Below, piece after piece: positions 24,013 to 36,585 of a stretch of DNA of 64,000 nt. Source of the stretch: Somniosus microcephalus. Lineage: Eukaryota. The translations under genes and the position numbers were made by a program. Under the pieces are notes generated by a model. It was given only the letters and a program-made list of their open reading frames with translations. It was not told the DNA's origin and made no database searches. The DNA is taken from assembly GCA_052327205.1 (NCBI GenBank), contig CM126218.1:38378001-38442000 (forward strand), given 5' to 3'. How positions within the stretch are numbered: position 1 is the stretch's first letter; every line of letters starts with the position of its first letter.

Positions 24013-25943
24013 TACCTACTGAGCTAATCTTAAATGCATTCGTTCTTCAAATTCAGGGCCATCAGAAATATGTTTGGAGCAGATTTCTGTCAGAAAATAC
24101 AGATGTTCTTCAAGTTTGAGTCTTTAAGAGTTCTTTTTTCAAATTCTACATGTATCTGACATTTTATGGCTAGAATATTAAACTGCAGTTTTTGACCTTG
24201 CTGCAAGTCTGGGCATTCAAACCGGAGATATTTTTAAGCAGGTGTTTGATGTGATTTTAGTTAATTAACTTTTTTTCTTTGAACGTTAGGTTACATTGGT
24301 TCACCCTATATGGTGTGAGGTAGGCACTGGTGCTTCCACTAGACTGTGGACTAGTTAAATCACTGTTGCCAAAGCTGTGTGCTGGGAGCAGCTGAGTGAA
24401 TCAATAGCTGGAGACAGGCGGCAAGTTTTTGATGAACACAGGCAATAAGAGAGGGGCTCGGATTGCATCCAAGAGACCAAACTGTTGCGATCCATCAAAG
24501 TTTGAGACCCCATGCTGAGGTTAGTCACACTTTGCTCCTGTGGCCTCGTCACAGTGCGGAAGATAAAAGGACCAGAGGGCTGAGGCCCTGTCGTTAGGAT
24601 GGGTGGTTTGGGGGGGAGGAGCGCAGGCGCAGAGCGAGGAACGAGGAAGATTGTGGATATTATTAATTTATTCATTTACTATTTTTCTTATTTTAACTAG
24701 GATGTGGGCAGGGGGAAAGTCTGGATTCCTTTTTGTTTAATGTTTCAAAACTTGGAGAGAACAGGAAACCAAAAGTAACAAATGCAAAAAAAAAGTGAAT
24801 TAATGCCCGCACATCATATGCACGAGGCAGCTGCAGTATCTCTGACACTTAATAATTGAGTAATATCTTGCTTGAAGTAAAACTATTTGCAATTTATGAA
24901 CTCCCCTCCCCAGCATCCCTGTAGCTGAAGAATTCCTGCAGATTTGGGGATAAAGCCCGAGAGGCGTTTGAATCAAATTTCTGTGAATTTGTGATCGCAT
25001 CCTCATATTTGGTCACAAGTATTTTTCTAGCCAGTTATTAAATATATGATTAGCTTTTGATGCTCATTTCAAGCACTGTCTTCTGTTGGCTGAAATCATC
25101 CAATGTGCAAAATATTTTGAGAACCAGAAGACAGATTGCATTCAAGCAGAAATGTGTTTGAGCTGGTGTATTTTTTCATGCTGCACCTTTTTAAGAACAA
25201 TCTATTCTAGAAACACTGTGTGATTGTTCTGTTCAGTCATGTTTTAATTCTGTCCGGGTGACCATTCCTGGGCTAAGAGGATGAGCCAGCAGCCTGCTGC
25301 CAGGTTTCTGGCACTATCAACCTTACAACTGGGTAGCAGGAGGCAAGTAGAGTGTCTCCGTTTAATCACCCTCCCAAAATGGCATCGGATACCTAGCAGC
25401 AAAGAGATAAAGTGGGCTCAATTAACTCATATTTAAGTATTTAAATTAGTGATTAGCAGACTAGGTTACAAATATGACTGTCATCGTCACTGCTCATCCA
25501 TTGATAAACAGCAGAGGTTAGAAAGCCCATATGATTAATGATTAACATTGAGAGTCAGAAACTGTATTTTATGGACTCATTATACCTCCTTTGCTGGTGA
25601 CAAAGGCAAGCTTTGGCTTGCCACAGGTCCCTATGGAGAAATTTCAGTCTCGATTTACTGTTTGTAACAGCTCACTAGCAGCACATATAACCAGGTACAT
25701 TTCAAATAGCAATTCATTTGTATAATTACTATTGAAAGGTCACAGTTAACTGATTTCCTTCTGACTGTTTATTGCATGTTAAACAATCCCGCATCCAATT
25801 TATATCAGCAGACACCTTGTCTTTAATGTACGAGACCTCCAAGCAGCAATGCTCATGAGATACAATGAATTTCTTAGTGCCAATAACAAGCAGAAAAGGA
25901 TCCATCTTGTTGCTATGCATCTATCTGCTTATTAGGCTCTTAC

Positions 25944-26114
25944 CACAGATTTCCGGATACTTGCTCGCGGCTTTGGGATAGGTTTGCCAGCTTTACTTTC
26001 AAGGCTATCTTGCATTGTGGGTGGGCCGTGACCACCTTTCCTGGCTTGTAGGGCCAACTGATAAGCCACTTCGAAAGCTTGTCCCAGTGTTAAAATGATT
26101 TCATAGGCTAAATT
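25944..26114 (-). CDS. ANKS1B: ANKS1B exon, end of PTB domain (NLAYEIILTLGQAFEVAYQLALQARK...ASIRKSV)
   Basis: 171 nt, acceptor ttttttttcaccag, donor gtaaga, phase 0/0. Confidence 0.96.
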
Positions 26115-28393
26115 CTGGTGAAAAAAAAAAATCAAAAAATGTTGGCTTTGTAAGTCATTTGAATACAACTTAAGAAAAATAACATGAAAGGAATTGCGTG
26201 CATCATCTACAGTATAAGTAAAGCATATTTTCTAACTTCAGGGGGTAACACCCTTAGGAGATCAGAAGTAGTGAGCTCTGAAGTATGTTTATTATTCTAA
26301 TCCATATTATTACAATAAGAATGATGAATGCCATGACTGATTACAGCATATTAAAGCACCAGCATATTAGCTTAAAAATGGCATGTTTTATAATTAAGCC
26401 AAGTCTAACCCATCATATGAAATATTACATTAAGCTTGTGTCCCAAGCAGCTTATTAATATTCAACCTTGAACTGATTTTTCTTCTTGAGGCTTCCCACC
26501 AACTGACATTTTTTTGATTTGATATCAGCAGCATCAATATCTAAATAAATAACCCAGAGGTACCTGCTTTTGACAGATTATTCATAATACCTTATTTTAT
26601 ATTGCTCTCTGAGGTTATGTAGGATAATTATGATTCAAAGGTGGTATTGTATCAGCATTTTTTTTTAAACTGGTAGATTTCTAATGCCAAACGCGCTCAC
26701 TCCCAACAATTTTAACTGCAACACTGTGGATCTCCATGGAAACAACAGGATCTTTTCCACTGCAGCTGTGTCGCTGATTCTAACTGGAGACTTTTGCAGC
26801 ACTGGGGTTCATTTTATAGTCATTTATGTTTGAACTACTTCCAGTGTCCATATTTGTTCTTACTCGTGCTGCTTTAGAAAAGGGTGAAAAAAATGGATGT
26901 AACCTTGGCTGAAAACTGGAAATATTTAGGGTTCTCAAATGTAGGACTGCGGCGTACTGCACTTCTTGCAAATCAGTCCCCCACCCCAATCACAATGACT
27001 TTGTGTAATCCAACGATGCAGTTAGATCACATTATCATTTTTTGAGAACCACTTAAAACAGTTAAAAAGGGTCATATTTAGGGTATTGAATATTCCTAAT
27101 TTATATGTGTCATTTATCAAGATTATATAACACATTGAAATTTTAGCAACATTTTAAAATATACTAAGTAACATTTTATGGAAACTGCAAACTGTAGAAC
27201 TTAGTGGATAATAGATAGCTGCAGCTTTATTTTGTAACTGTACAATAATAGCTTCACTTAGCCAACTCTGCAGAGTTTAAAGATTCATGTCGACAATGCA
27301 CTCCTCGATTAATCTGGAAGCCAACTGTGCCACACAATGGGCTCGAACACTGGGAGAAAATATACTTTGCTCATCTCTGAATTTTAACACAGTGAGAACT
27401 ATGGACAACATTATTGGAAAATCTTCAAGTCAGAACACTAGCTGTTCTTGAGAATATTTACATGAACATTTTAATGGTAATACAGGAGCGGTGTTTGGGA
27501 ATATATATTATCTGTACACAAATACATCAATAAGAGGAATGGCATCCAATTAAATTCTCCTATCCTGCCAGCTATGAGCAAATGTCAAGGGCTTAAATTT
27601 TTTCCATCGGAAAAGAAATGTAAATCATTATAAAAACCATAATTCATCAAACTGTTTTTAGAAAAATTACAAGTGTCATAAGATGTGTCTTATAAATATA
27701 AAATATGATTGATGTGCGCTTGAGAGCTGATTTTAATGAACATTCATAGAATAATGTGTGACAGTATTCTATGAGCTATATTTAAAGCAAGGCTTGTTTT
27801 TGTCCCTACAATTCTAAAGCAATCCATGTGGCCACCTAAAGCAGAGTGTGATGTATGTCATTTAAACCGTCTTTAAAAAAAATCTGGACATGCAATATAA
27901 TAAATTTGCTTGTTTATACCCTTTTCTTTGATTCAATCTTCAAAATAGTTCAACACTTGCAAAGAACAATTTATCAACTACAATTTAATTTTATTCTTTT
28001 GAAAAAAATGAATTTAAACGCTCGTAGTGAACAATGCAGCTGGAACTCACACATCAGAGTTTGTTTTGGTTGTGGGTCAATATCAAGACAGCAGTCTTTA
28101 TATATTAGGACTAAGAATATATGCAGTGCGTTTATTGTTAATTTTTGCACAGCTCTCAATCATAACACTTTGCTAATGGCTCCACGCAACCTTATTATGC
28201 AGCAATCATCCAAAACAGAAAACACTACTAGTTGTTTGCAGCCAAAAGTGAGTGTAGCCCAGCTCCTGAAATCGGTCACTCACTAGTGGAGAAGAATCCA
28301 ACCAGGAAAAGGAAAAGAAAATTAAAAAAAAATCACGCACATCAGAATCTCTTCAGCAGTTCAGAAAAAGATGAAAAGTGTCAAGAGACTGAC

Positions 28394-28531
28394 CACATCA
28401 AATGCGCTGAATACATGACAGTAGTGGTGACTCGACTTTAAATCTTTAGTGATGTAGGCAAAGGTGGAAAGATCTTCAGGGTCTTGAGCAGCGCAAGAAA
28501 TGTTCCTAATTTCATGTTCTGTGATGATATT
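28394..28531 (-). CDS. ANKS1B: ANKS1B exon, PTB domain ([46 protein letters not shown])
   Basis: 138 nt, acceptor ttttttttaccatctgcag, donor gtcagt. Confidence 0.96.
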
Positions 28532-29111
28532 CTGCAGATGGTAAAAAAAAGTGCTAAAATTAGCAGGTTTAGAAATAATAGAATAAAAATAGACACTTGC
28601 AGGGCTGAACACAAAAATATATGAAACTCATTACATATAATTAGCAAAGCTCATTACTATGTAGGAACACATGCAACTGCTTTTAGGTCTTTTGTTTGAG
28701 ATACATAAAGGTAGCAGTGGTCAGCCTGATTTAACAAGTCTAACTTTTGTTAGGAGTCACTCATTGATTGCCTGTTTAAATTATATTATAGTGCTCCATG
28801 GATGTGTATGTCTTGCATAACATTTCCTGACTGCATCAATTTCAGTGAACCGATAACAAACGCTCAATCACTCTGACTTCAACACAGCAGAATAAAAAAA
28901 ATGAAGAACGCAAAGGACAGGTAGCAGCAATCATTAAACAATCATACCATGATTAATTGGACTCTCTACAAAACCAATCATACAATTATTGAGATGTTCG
29001 GCAATACATTTTCCATTTGGCAATTTAAAAAAAATTTCGCTCAATATTATTCCTGCATGGTAATACAAGATGCTGTCTGAATTCTAACAGTTGTGAACAA
29101 TTATTGATATT

Positions 29112-29876
29112 GGCCCAGAAATTCGGGTCCCAACGCGTGAGTACGGACGGAGTACTCACGCGTGGACCCGATGGAAGTGCCGGAATCTTGCATGCACTAC
29201 GCATGCGCGGGAAACCGGCATTTCCGATCCTCTGAACCAAGGGGTTCAGAGGTCGAACGCGTGTGTGCAGGAGTCTGCGCGTGCACGTTGAACTTCCTTT
29301 TTTTTTCCAGGTTTGCCCGTGCGTGAAGGCCTCCACTTTTTACACTTGAAAAAAGCAGACGTAAGGACTTAATTTTAAAAGGTAAGTGGTCTAATAATTA
29401 GAATTAGAATTTTTTTCCACAGGTTTATTATTTTTAAAGACTTTATAGTAAGGTAAATGTATTTTTAGCCCCGATTTTTTATAAAATTATTTTTTTCAAA
29501 AATTTAATTTATTGTTTAAAACAGTTATTTAAAGTTATTTATAGTTCATTTACATAGTGTGATGTTTTTTTAAATTTTATTTCAAGTTTAAGTACTGTTT
29601 TGGGCACCCGGAGTTTTCATGAGTTTGACAGTTCTTACTGTCAAACTCATGAATGAACTTTTGCATCCTCCGATTGGTTGCCCAGTGCTCACGTGATCCC
29701 AGCCGACGCATCGCACTAACTACGCCGCTGGGTCACGCAAGCACAGCGCGCCGGGAGCTGAACCGGGCCACTGACAGGAAATCCACGCAGGCCCAGGCTT
29801 CAACTGTCGGCGCGCTAGGTAAGTGTAGGTCGGGGGCTTGCACCCGCGGGAAGCCCCCGACACGAATTTCTGGGCC
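29112..29876. mobile_element. Non-autonomous TIR DNA transposon (PIF/Harbinger-like), copy 2
   Basis: TIRs ggcccagaaattcg and cgaatttctgggcc, with ATT on both flanks. Colinear with 5137-5877. Confidence 0.85.
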
Positions 29877-32245
29877 ATTATGTTTGTATCATAATAAGAG
29901 GTACAATCACTAATTAATCAGTTGGAGGAAAGGTTTCTGACAATGTCAAAAATGTAGGTGGCAACAATTTTGGGTCAGGTAAATTGAATCTACTGCTCTA
30001 TAGAACAGGTTGCAGTTCTATTAAACTGAATGGAAAATAACATCTGAAATCAAATGCTTCAAGCTAAAATGTAAAGGCATGTTTAAGACAGACCTCTGGC
30101 AGACTTTCAGTTATAAATAGAGGGAGAACAGATTTTCTGAAATGATAACCTATCTCTGAATCTCAGCTGCCACAGGTCATTTCTCTGTGGCTTTTGGAAT
30201 ATTCCTGAGGCAACATTTGGCTATCTTAGGCGTTAAGAGCTAAATAACTTGCAGCCATTTTCAAACAGCATTTCAATGTCAGTGCAACTTGGTTATATAT
30301 TTTGATGAAAGTGTACCATCACAGAGTTTGCACAGTGCGAGGGAATCAAATGCTGTCAGTTTGATGGCAGTGTGGTCTTCCAGCCTGGGAAAAGCTGATA
30401 ACTCTACTTGCTATCATAGGAGTTTCTCTTTTTGTTGTTGAATTAAATATTTTATGCTTTGTAGAGAACTCTTCTTTTTGAAGCCCCAGCTCCAAAGAAA
30501 AATAAATTCTGATCAGGTCTCCTCTACATTGCATGAACGAATATGTTTAAAAAAAATTCTGGATCCATGAAATGAGGCCATTCTAGCTCCCAGGACAACC
30601 AGACCAATTTGCTTTTTCCACTCCAAACCAAGGAAACATTAGGATGGTATTATGTAAAATTTAATTTCTTATTATGCCTTTTAATGAACGAGTAGACTCC
30701 CTACATTGATCTCCTGCCTGTCCAATTTATATCAGTGTTTCATAACACAGTTATTGCTCCTTACATTGCTAGTTGCATGGATATGTATGTCTTGTATAAT
30801 ATTTTTTAATGTTCTGAATGCATCGATCTCTGTGACCAGATGAGAACACAAACAGAGATTGATGATATGCATAGGGATCTGGACCCATTAAATAAATAGG
30901 CTAAGGAATCACTTGTTGATATGAATATAAGATTACATAGTTCAGTGTGAAATGTGCACAGAATAAAGGGATCGTATTTTAAAGCAAGCTGGTGGAATTG
31001 TGGAATTCACCGAAGCCCAATCCCGCCAGGGTACAACAACTTTGACCATTAATATAAATGGAAAAGGAATTGGTGTGAAAATATCCAGTGACCAGGTCAA
31101 TCACAGATCTAGGAATCAGCTGAAAGGTATTTGACTATAACAAAAAGGATTTTTTTAACTTTGCATATACAATTGATGAAGCGACACCTGGGATATGAGG
31201 GATGTTTTTTGATCTTGCACTACTGGCAGGGAGCCTACTAGAAATTCAAGTGTTGCCGTACATGATTTTCTGACCATTAATTTAAATTGGCGTGGCAAGC
31301 TTTTTTTTCTAAAAAAGCTGACAGGAATGGATAATATTGATGAAAGAGGGTTACCTAAATGAACTGTGAATGCAGAACTAACAGACACGAGGACAAAATT
31401 AACAATTCTCAAGAAATTGAGATTACATGGAATTTCCCTCTCCTTGTAATTCAGTGTAGAAGATATGTGTGCTGCTTGGACCAAGGAAAGAAACTGGTGA
31501 AGGATGAACAACATAGAATGTAAGGCTAGATTGATATTCTCCAGCTGGGCTTAATTTATCTTCTTTGTGAGGTTGCAGTGAGAATCTTTAAAGAGCCTGT
31601 CCTCAGAAGATTAAATGCGTTGGTTGACAGCCATGATATAGCTGATGGTAACTGGTCCTGAAAGGCTGAATTTGTTTGTGCTCCGTACTTTATGTTCTTG
31701 CAAGATACATTTTAAAACTCACCCCGCCTTTTCTCATTGTTGTACATTTGCCTGTAAAAATGTTTGCTTTGTGGCACCGAATCATTTCCCCCAGTGAGTT
31801 ACACTTGTTTTGAAGAAGTAATAATGTTTAAATGTATTTTAAATACATGTTATATGTTGATGCAGACAGAAGACCTTCCTGTAATGTACCTCAACCCTAT
31901 TTGGCCACACCAATGTCACATTTCAGTTAACCCAAACGCCTTTCTGGTAGCCTCTCAGTGCCAATTTAGTACCAAGTTAGCAAGCAGACAGTTGTGTGAT
32001 GTGGACCTGTGCCCATCAGAACCTGGGCTGAGCCCAGGCTTTGAAACTTTAGAGCTGGCAGGGGAAGATTTTCATCCCATCAATCTCAGTTAGAAAGGAA
32101 CTTGGCCCCAAGGGTACCCACAACCTCTACAAGTCCTTTTAATTTCAAGATTAATAGAAATGTGATTTCCTGCAATGCAAGATCAGATTTCCCAAATTAT
32201 TGGAATTGGAGGGCTGCCCAGCTGCTTCCTATGGGTTTCACTTAC

Positions 32246-32332
32246 CTTGTTTGCAGCATCGATGAACTTTACCCCTTTGTACGAGATTGAAAGTACAATT
32301 GTAGGAATCTTCTTCATTTGTTCTGAAGACTT
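32246..32332 (-). CDS. ANKS1B: ANKS1B exon, PTB domain ([29 protein letters not shown])
   Basis: 87 nt, acceptor ctgtcctgtttcccag, donor gtaagt. Confidence 0.95.
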
Positions 32333-32744
32333 CTGGGAAACAGGACAGTGACTTACTTTTTCAAAAATAAAGACTTTAGGAACAAAAAAACATTCTCAAC
32401 AAATTGAGTGAGCACTACTCCAACTCTCCCTGAATGCATATTTGAAAAGCAATCTTTTTGATTCTTTGAACAAACTGACTGTAGTTTTTGTGCTTGCTGA
32501 CAGCAAATTCCTATTATTGTAATGTTAATGCTGGTTATTCGATCAACCAAGATAAAGAAGTCTAACTATTAATTAAAAAACTTCCAAAAGAAATAAAATC
32601 AGACAATAAAGACTTCTACAATGGAGAACATTATGTATCCACTGACAGGGGGATTATCTTAAAACAGCTTCTAGAAAGAAAGGTCGCGAAATATAAAACA
32701 GGTATGCAAATCAGGTACACTACAGAACACATGGACAAGTTAGG

Positions 32745-32968
32745 TTCATAGACCTTTACAGCATAGGAGGTGGCCATTTGGCCAATAATGTCTGTGCTGC
32801 CTTTCTGAAAGAGCTATCCACTTAGTCCCACACCAATCCTTTTCTCCAAACCCTTTTAAGATGTTTCATGTTCAAACATCTAGCCACTTGCTTTTGAAAA
32901 GTTAATTAGATTGTGCTTACAGTACTGTTTCTGGTAGGGCATTCCATGTTCAAATAACCCTCTGTTTT
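32745..32968 (-). mobile_element. Diverged CR1-type 3' end
   Basis: catagacctttacagcataggaggtggccatttggcc...ggtagggcattcca resembles the reverse complement of a CR1 3' end. Confidence 0.55.
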
Positions 32969-33369
32969 CTTTAAGTCCAAGAATAATTTATTCTAATAGG
33001 ATAGTAAAAGATGCGGCTTTCTTTTCGCTTTGCCCCGCCCCCACCACACACCCCATTAAGATTACGGACGACAATACAACACATACTACCCTTTTATATG
33101 TATTTAGAGCTAGAACCTCACTTTAGACCAGAGCAGGAGTCAATAAGCGCTCCAATCACTTCAAAATCATTTTCCCCAATTGCCTCCCCCCAACAAAAAA
33201 ATCCTTGAATGTTCTAAAACACATCTACAGTATGTAATGAAACTTTTTGCAGCGACTGAAAGATTCAATATAACAGTTATGTTGGCCTCATAGTTGAGTT
33301 GTGTATTGGAGCGTAGGGTGTTGTGTACTGAAATTGAGCAGCATAGGTGGGATGCCTATGTGCAGACAG

Positions 33370-33713
33370 ACTAGATGCAGGAAGGATGTTCCTGATGGCG
33401 GGGAGTCCAGAACCAGGGGTCACAGTCTAAGGATAAGGGGTAAGCCATTTAGGACTGAGATGAGGAATTTCTTCACCCAGAGAGTGGTGAACCTGTGGAA
33501 TTCTCTACCACAGAAGGCAGTTGAGGCCAACTTATTAAATATATTCAAGAAGGAGTTAGATATATTTCTTAAGGCTAAAGGGATCAAGGGATATGGGGAG
33601 AAAGCAGGGACAGGGTACTGAATTTGGATGATCAGCCATGATCTCATTAAATGACGGAACAGGCTCGAGGGGCTGAACGGCCTACTCCTGCTCCTATCTT
33701 CTATGTTTCTATG
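33370..33713 (+). mobile_element. CR1 3' fragment
   Basis: Frame reads ESRTRGHSLRIRGKPFRTEMRNFFTQRVVNLWNSLPQKAVEA...GYGEKAGTGY*. Tail tctatgtttctatg. Confidence 0.93.
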
Positions 33714-34107
33714 CCCCATTTGGAGATGTTCCTGATCTCAGCCTCATTGAACAGGAAGCAAAAAGCAATAACTTTTGGTTGAAGACTGTGTGTCACCCAG
33801 TTCCTTATTATATAGATTAATAAGCACGTTGATCTGTTACATGAAAGTCAACCTCTGAATATGTAAACCAATATGGGGTTAATTGCAACTACACAATGGG
33901 TGTAGTAAAATGATAAACCCATTGCTTTTTAAGGCTGTTTATAATTTCTCTACATCTTGTAGATTTTCCCTCTATTCTGCCAGGGTTTTAAGTCAATCTC
34001 TGCTTAACATCACCACTGATGTGAATGCACCATGAGTATCTCACTTCCACTGACACAATTTTGTACTGCCCAGATATCACACTGAAAATCTACAATAGAC
34101 AACCTAC

Positions 34108-34179
34108 CCGCATCTTAGAACATGCATCCTGTGTTGACTCTGTTCCTCGCAATTCCTTCACCAACATCGAACCTAAGTA
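34108..34179 (-). CDS. ANKS1B: ANKS1B exon, PTB domain (YLGSMLVKELRGTESTQDACSKMR)
   Basis: 72 nt, acceptor ttttcttttctcgtatttag, donor gtaggt. Confidence 0.95.
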
Positions 34180-34738
34180 CTAAATACGAGAAAAGAAAAT
34201 CACCTTTTGTCCTACTTCCTGTATAGGTGAATTCTGAAAATATGTAATAAATACTTTCAAATATAATGGTTCAAAGTTTGTTTCTGCAATTAAAATTAAT
34301 ATTTTGAATATTAAATACATAAGACAAGTATATACCAGAGGGGAAAAAATTTGCATACTGAACAAGCAGTCCCCAAAATGGATGAATAGGGCAATTAAAG
34401 TGGAGGAAAGAAAAATAACAGGCAGAACATAGGAAAAAGCTAAAGCAGACTAAAATAGGTATTAGTGGCACAAAGAAAGCATTAGAGGGGAACACAGCAA
34501 AAGATATGAACACATAATGGTGGAATAAATGATGTAACACCTCCATTAAATAGTGGGGGGGTGGGGTACAAGTTCGTTAAGTGATAGTATCGCTGACGGT
34601 AATTGCTACCTTGTAATGTTCCAAGTGTAATATGGAAGCTATAAAACAGCACGAGAAGCATATGCACGTAAATCACTGTGCAGTATGCTAACCCCAGATT
34701 ACCCTGCCCCCTGTGTCTATTATATAATAGGTACTTAC

Positions 34739-34867
34739 ATATGCTTCATAGTCACATGACTGGAAAATCAGCTTCTCAGGATGATGTTGCCAGTACTGTA
34801 CAGGTGTGGATGACGTGGCTTCATTTGGAGGCCGAAGAGTAATGGAAGGCTCACTCCATTCTGCCTG
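34739..34867 (-). CDS. ANKS1B: ANKS1B exon, start of PTB (QAEWSEPSITLRPPNEATSSTPVQYWQHHPEKLIFQSCDYEAY)
   Basis: 129 nt (126 if the second CAG is used), acceptor ctttcctattcag, donor gtaagt. Confidence 0.95.
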
Positions 34868-35349
34868 CTGAATAGGAAAGTAAAATTAGACCAGAGGAAT
34901 ACTGAACCCAAGGCACCTTTGATAACAAAACTTATTTTTTAAAAAGGTGACCTGACTATTAAGAAGTTATGAATGACATTTGTTTTCACTGGAGTCCCTT
35001 CGAGTGGAGGCCAATTAAGCCCAACTGAGATTAAACTACATCCAGCTCAAGATAAGACACGCTGAGAGTGTGCATTGATAATTATAAATAATTTGGGTAT
35101 ATAGCAAAGCCTGATAGACCTGCTGTCCTCTTCTTTGTGTCTAAGCCACTTTCAACGCAACATTCCAATGATGCAAAGGAGAATTTAAAAAAAGCACATT
35201 ATGTTGAATTTTTTTTCCCACAACAGAAAATTCACTGGTTCCAAGTCACAGAAGTAAGAATAAAAAAATCAAATCCTAAGCCTTAACATTGCACAGCATC
35301 CAACATGGGGGTAAGTGGCGAGAACATTATTGGAGTTAGATCTTCTGGC

Positions 35350-36585
35350 AACCAGTGACAGTGAGGATTAGGAAGGAAATATGATTTCAGTAAGGCAAAC
35401 TTCAATGGAATGAAAGATCAACCAAAATAAATTAAATGGGATGTATTGCTCAGAGATAAATCAGTTGAGGAAAACTTTTAAAACTGTAATATTAAATATG
35501 TAAGACAAGTATATATCAAAGAAAAAATTGCTACCCTGAACAAGCAGTTCCCCAAATAGATGAAAATTAAAGTGAAAGTAAGAAAAACAACCAATACAAA
35601 GCCTACTGGGAAAAAGCTAAAGCAGATTGGGTGGATGTCATGTACCCTAGGGTGCTGCAGAATATTGGCGATAGTCATGAAAGAATCACTGGGTGCTGGG
35701 GGCGCTTCACATGAAGCAAATACAGTTTCTTTATTTTAAAAGGGGGCAAAATTTCTGACTCAGATGACTATAGGCCCTTCGCCAAACGTCAACAGTGGAT
35801 AAAATAATGGGAACCATTCTAAAGTATAGGCTGGGGTAGTATCTATGAGCAACAGCTTAAAAAGAAACAGCCAGCGTGGACTGAGAATGGGTTTTCTTGT
35901 CAAACCTCCTCAATTTCTTTGAGGAATAAATAAGACAGATAGTGGAAATCCTTTTAATATTGTTTATTTGGATTTTCAGAATACCTTCAGTAAGTTCCCA
36001 CATGAGAAACTATGAAGGCCACGGGAATCCAGAGTAGATAGTGGACTGGATAAAAAAAATTGGAAACAGGTACATAAGATTTGGACGCAGTAACCAATTG
36101 TAAGTTTGAAGAAAGCACTAAAATAAGATAGAGTAGATGATGCAAGCAACAATCTACAATGGATTCCAGTCAGTTATGCTATTAGGCAATCAAATGAGAA
36201 ATTAAATCCAATATTAACAAAGTACTGCATACTGAGCAAAATAAAGTGACATAGGCATACAATGACGGTAATAGAATTAGCAAAGGGAGACTTAGAAAGG
36301 GGCCTGGAAGTACCAGTAGACTTGTCACTTGCAAAGTCGAGACAATGTGTAGAAGCAAATAAAAAGACAAATCGAATGTTAGTAAGAAGCTGGGATACAC
36401 AGCCACAAAATTGAGTATGCAACTCCATTGATTATGCCGAGGCAGTAATTGAGTCAAACATATTGCAGGATGTTCAAATACAGCTGGACACTAAGCTGAG
36501 TCAAATTTCAATTGGAGTACTGAAAGGATGAGCTTTGATGGACCAAATGACCATTTCTTATCCTTGACTTTTTCTTATGTTCTTA
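35350..36585 (+). mobile_element. Highly degenerate CR1 LINE remnant
   Basis: Residual motifs DDYRP, VYLDFQNTFSKVPHEKL and EANKKTNRML. 3'-end-like gatggaccaaatgacc...tcttatgttctt. Boundaries approximate. Confidence 0.6.

Noticed and set aside
24355-24675. 106-aa minus-strand ORF as a possible alternative terminal exon
   Set aside because: The obvious acceptor gives only a short phase-0 peptide, and I recognise no homology.
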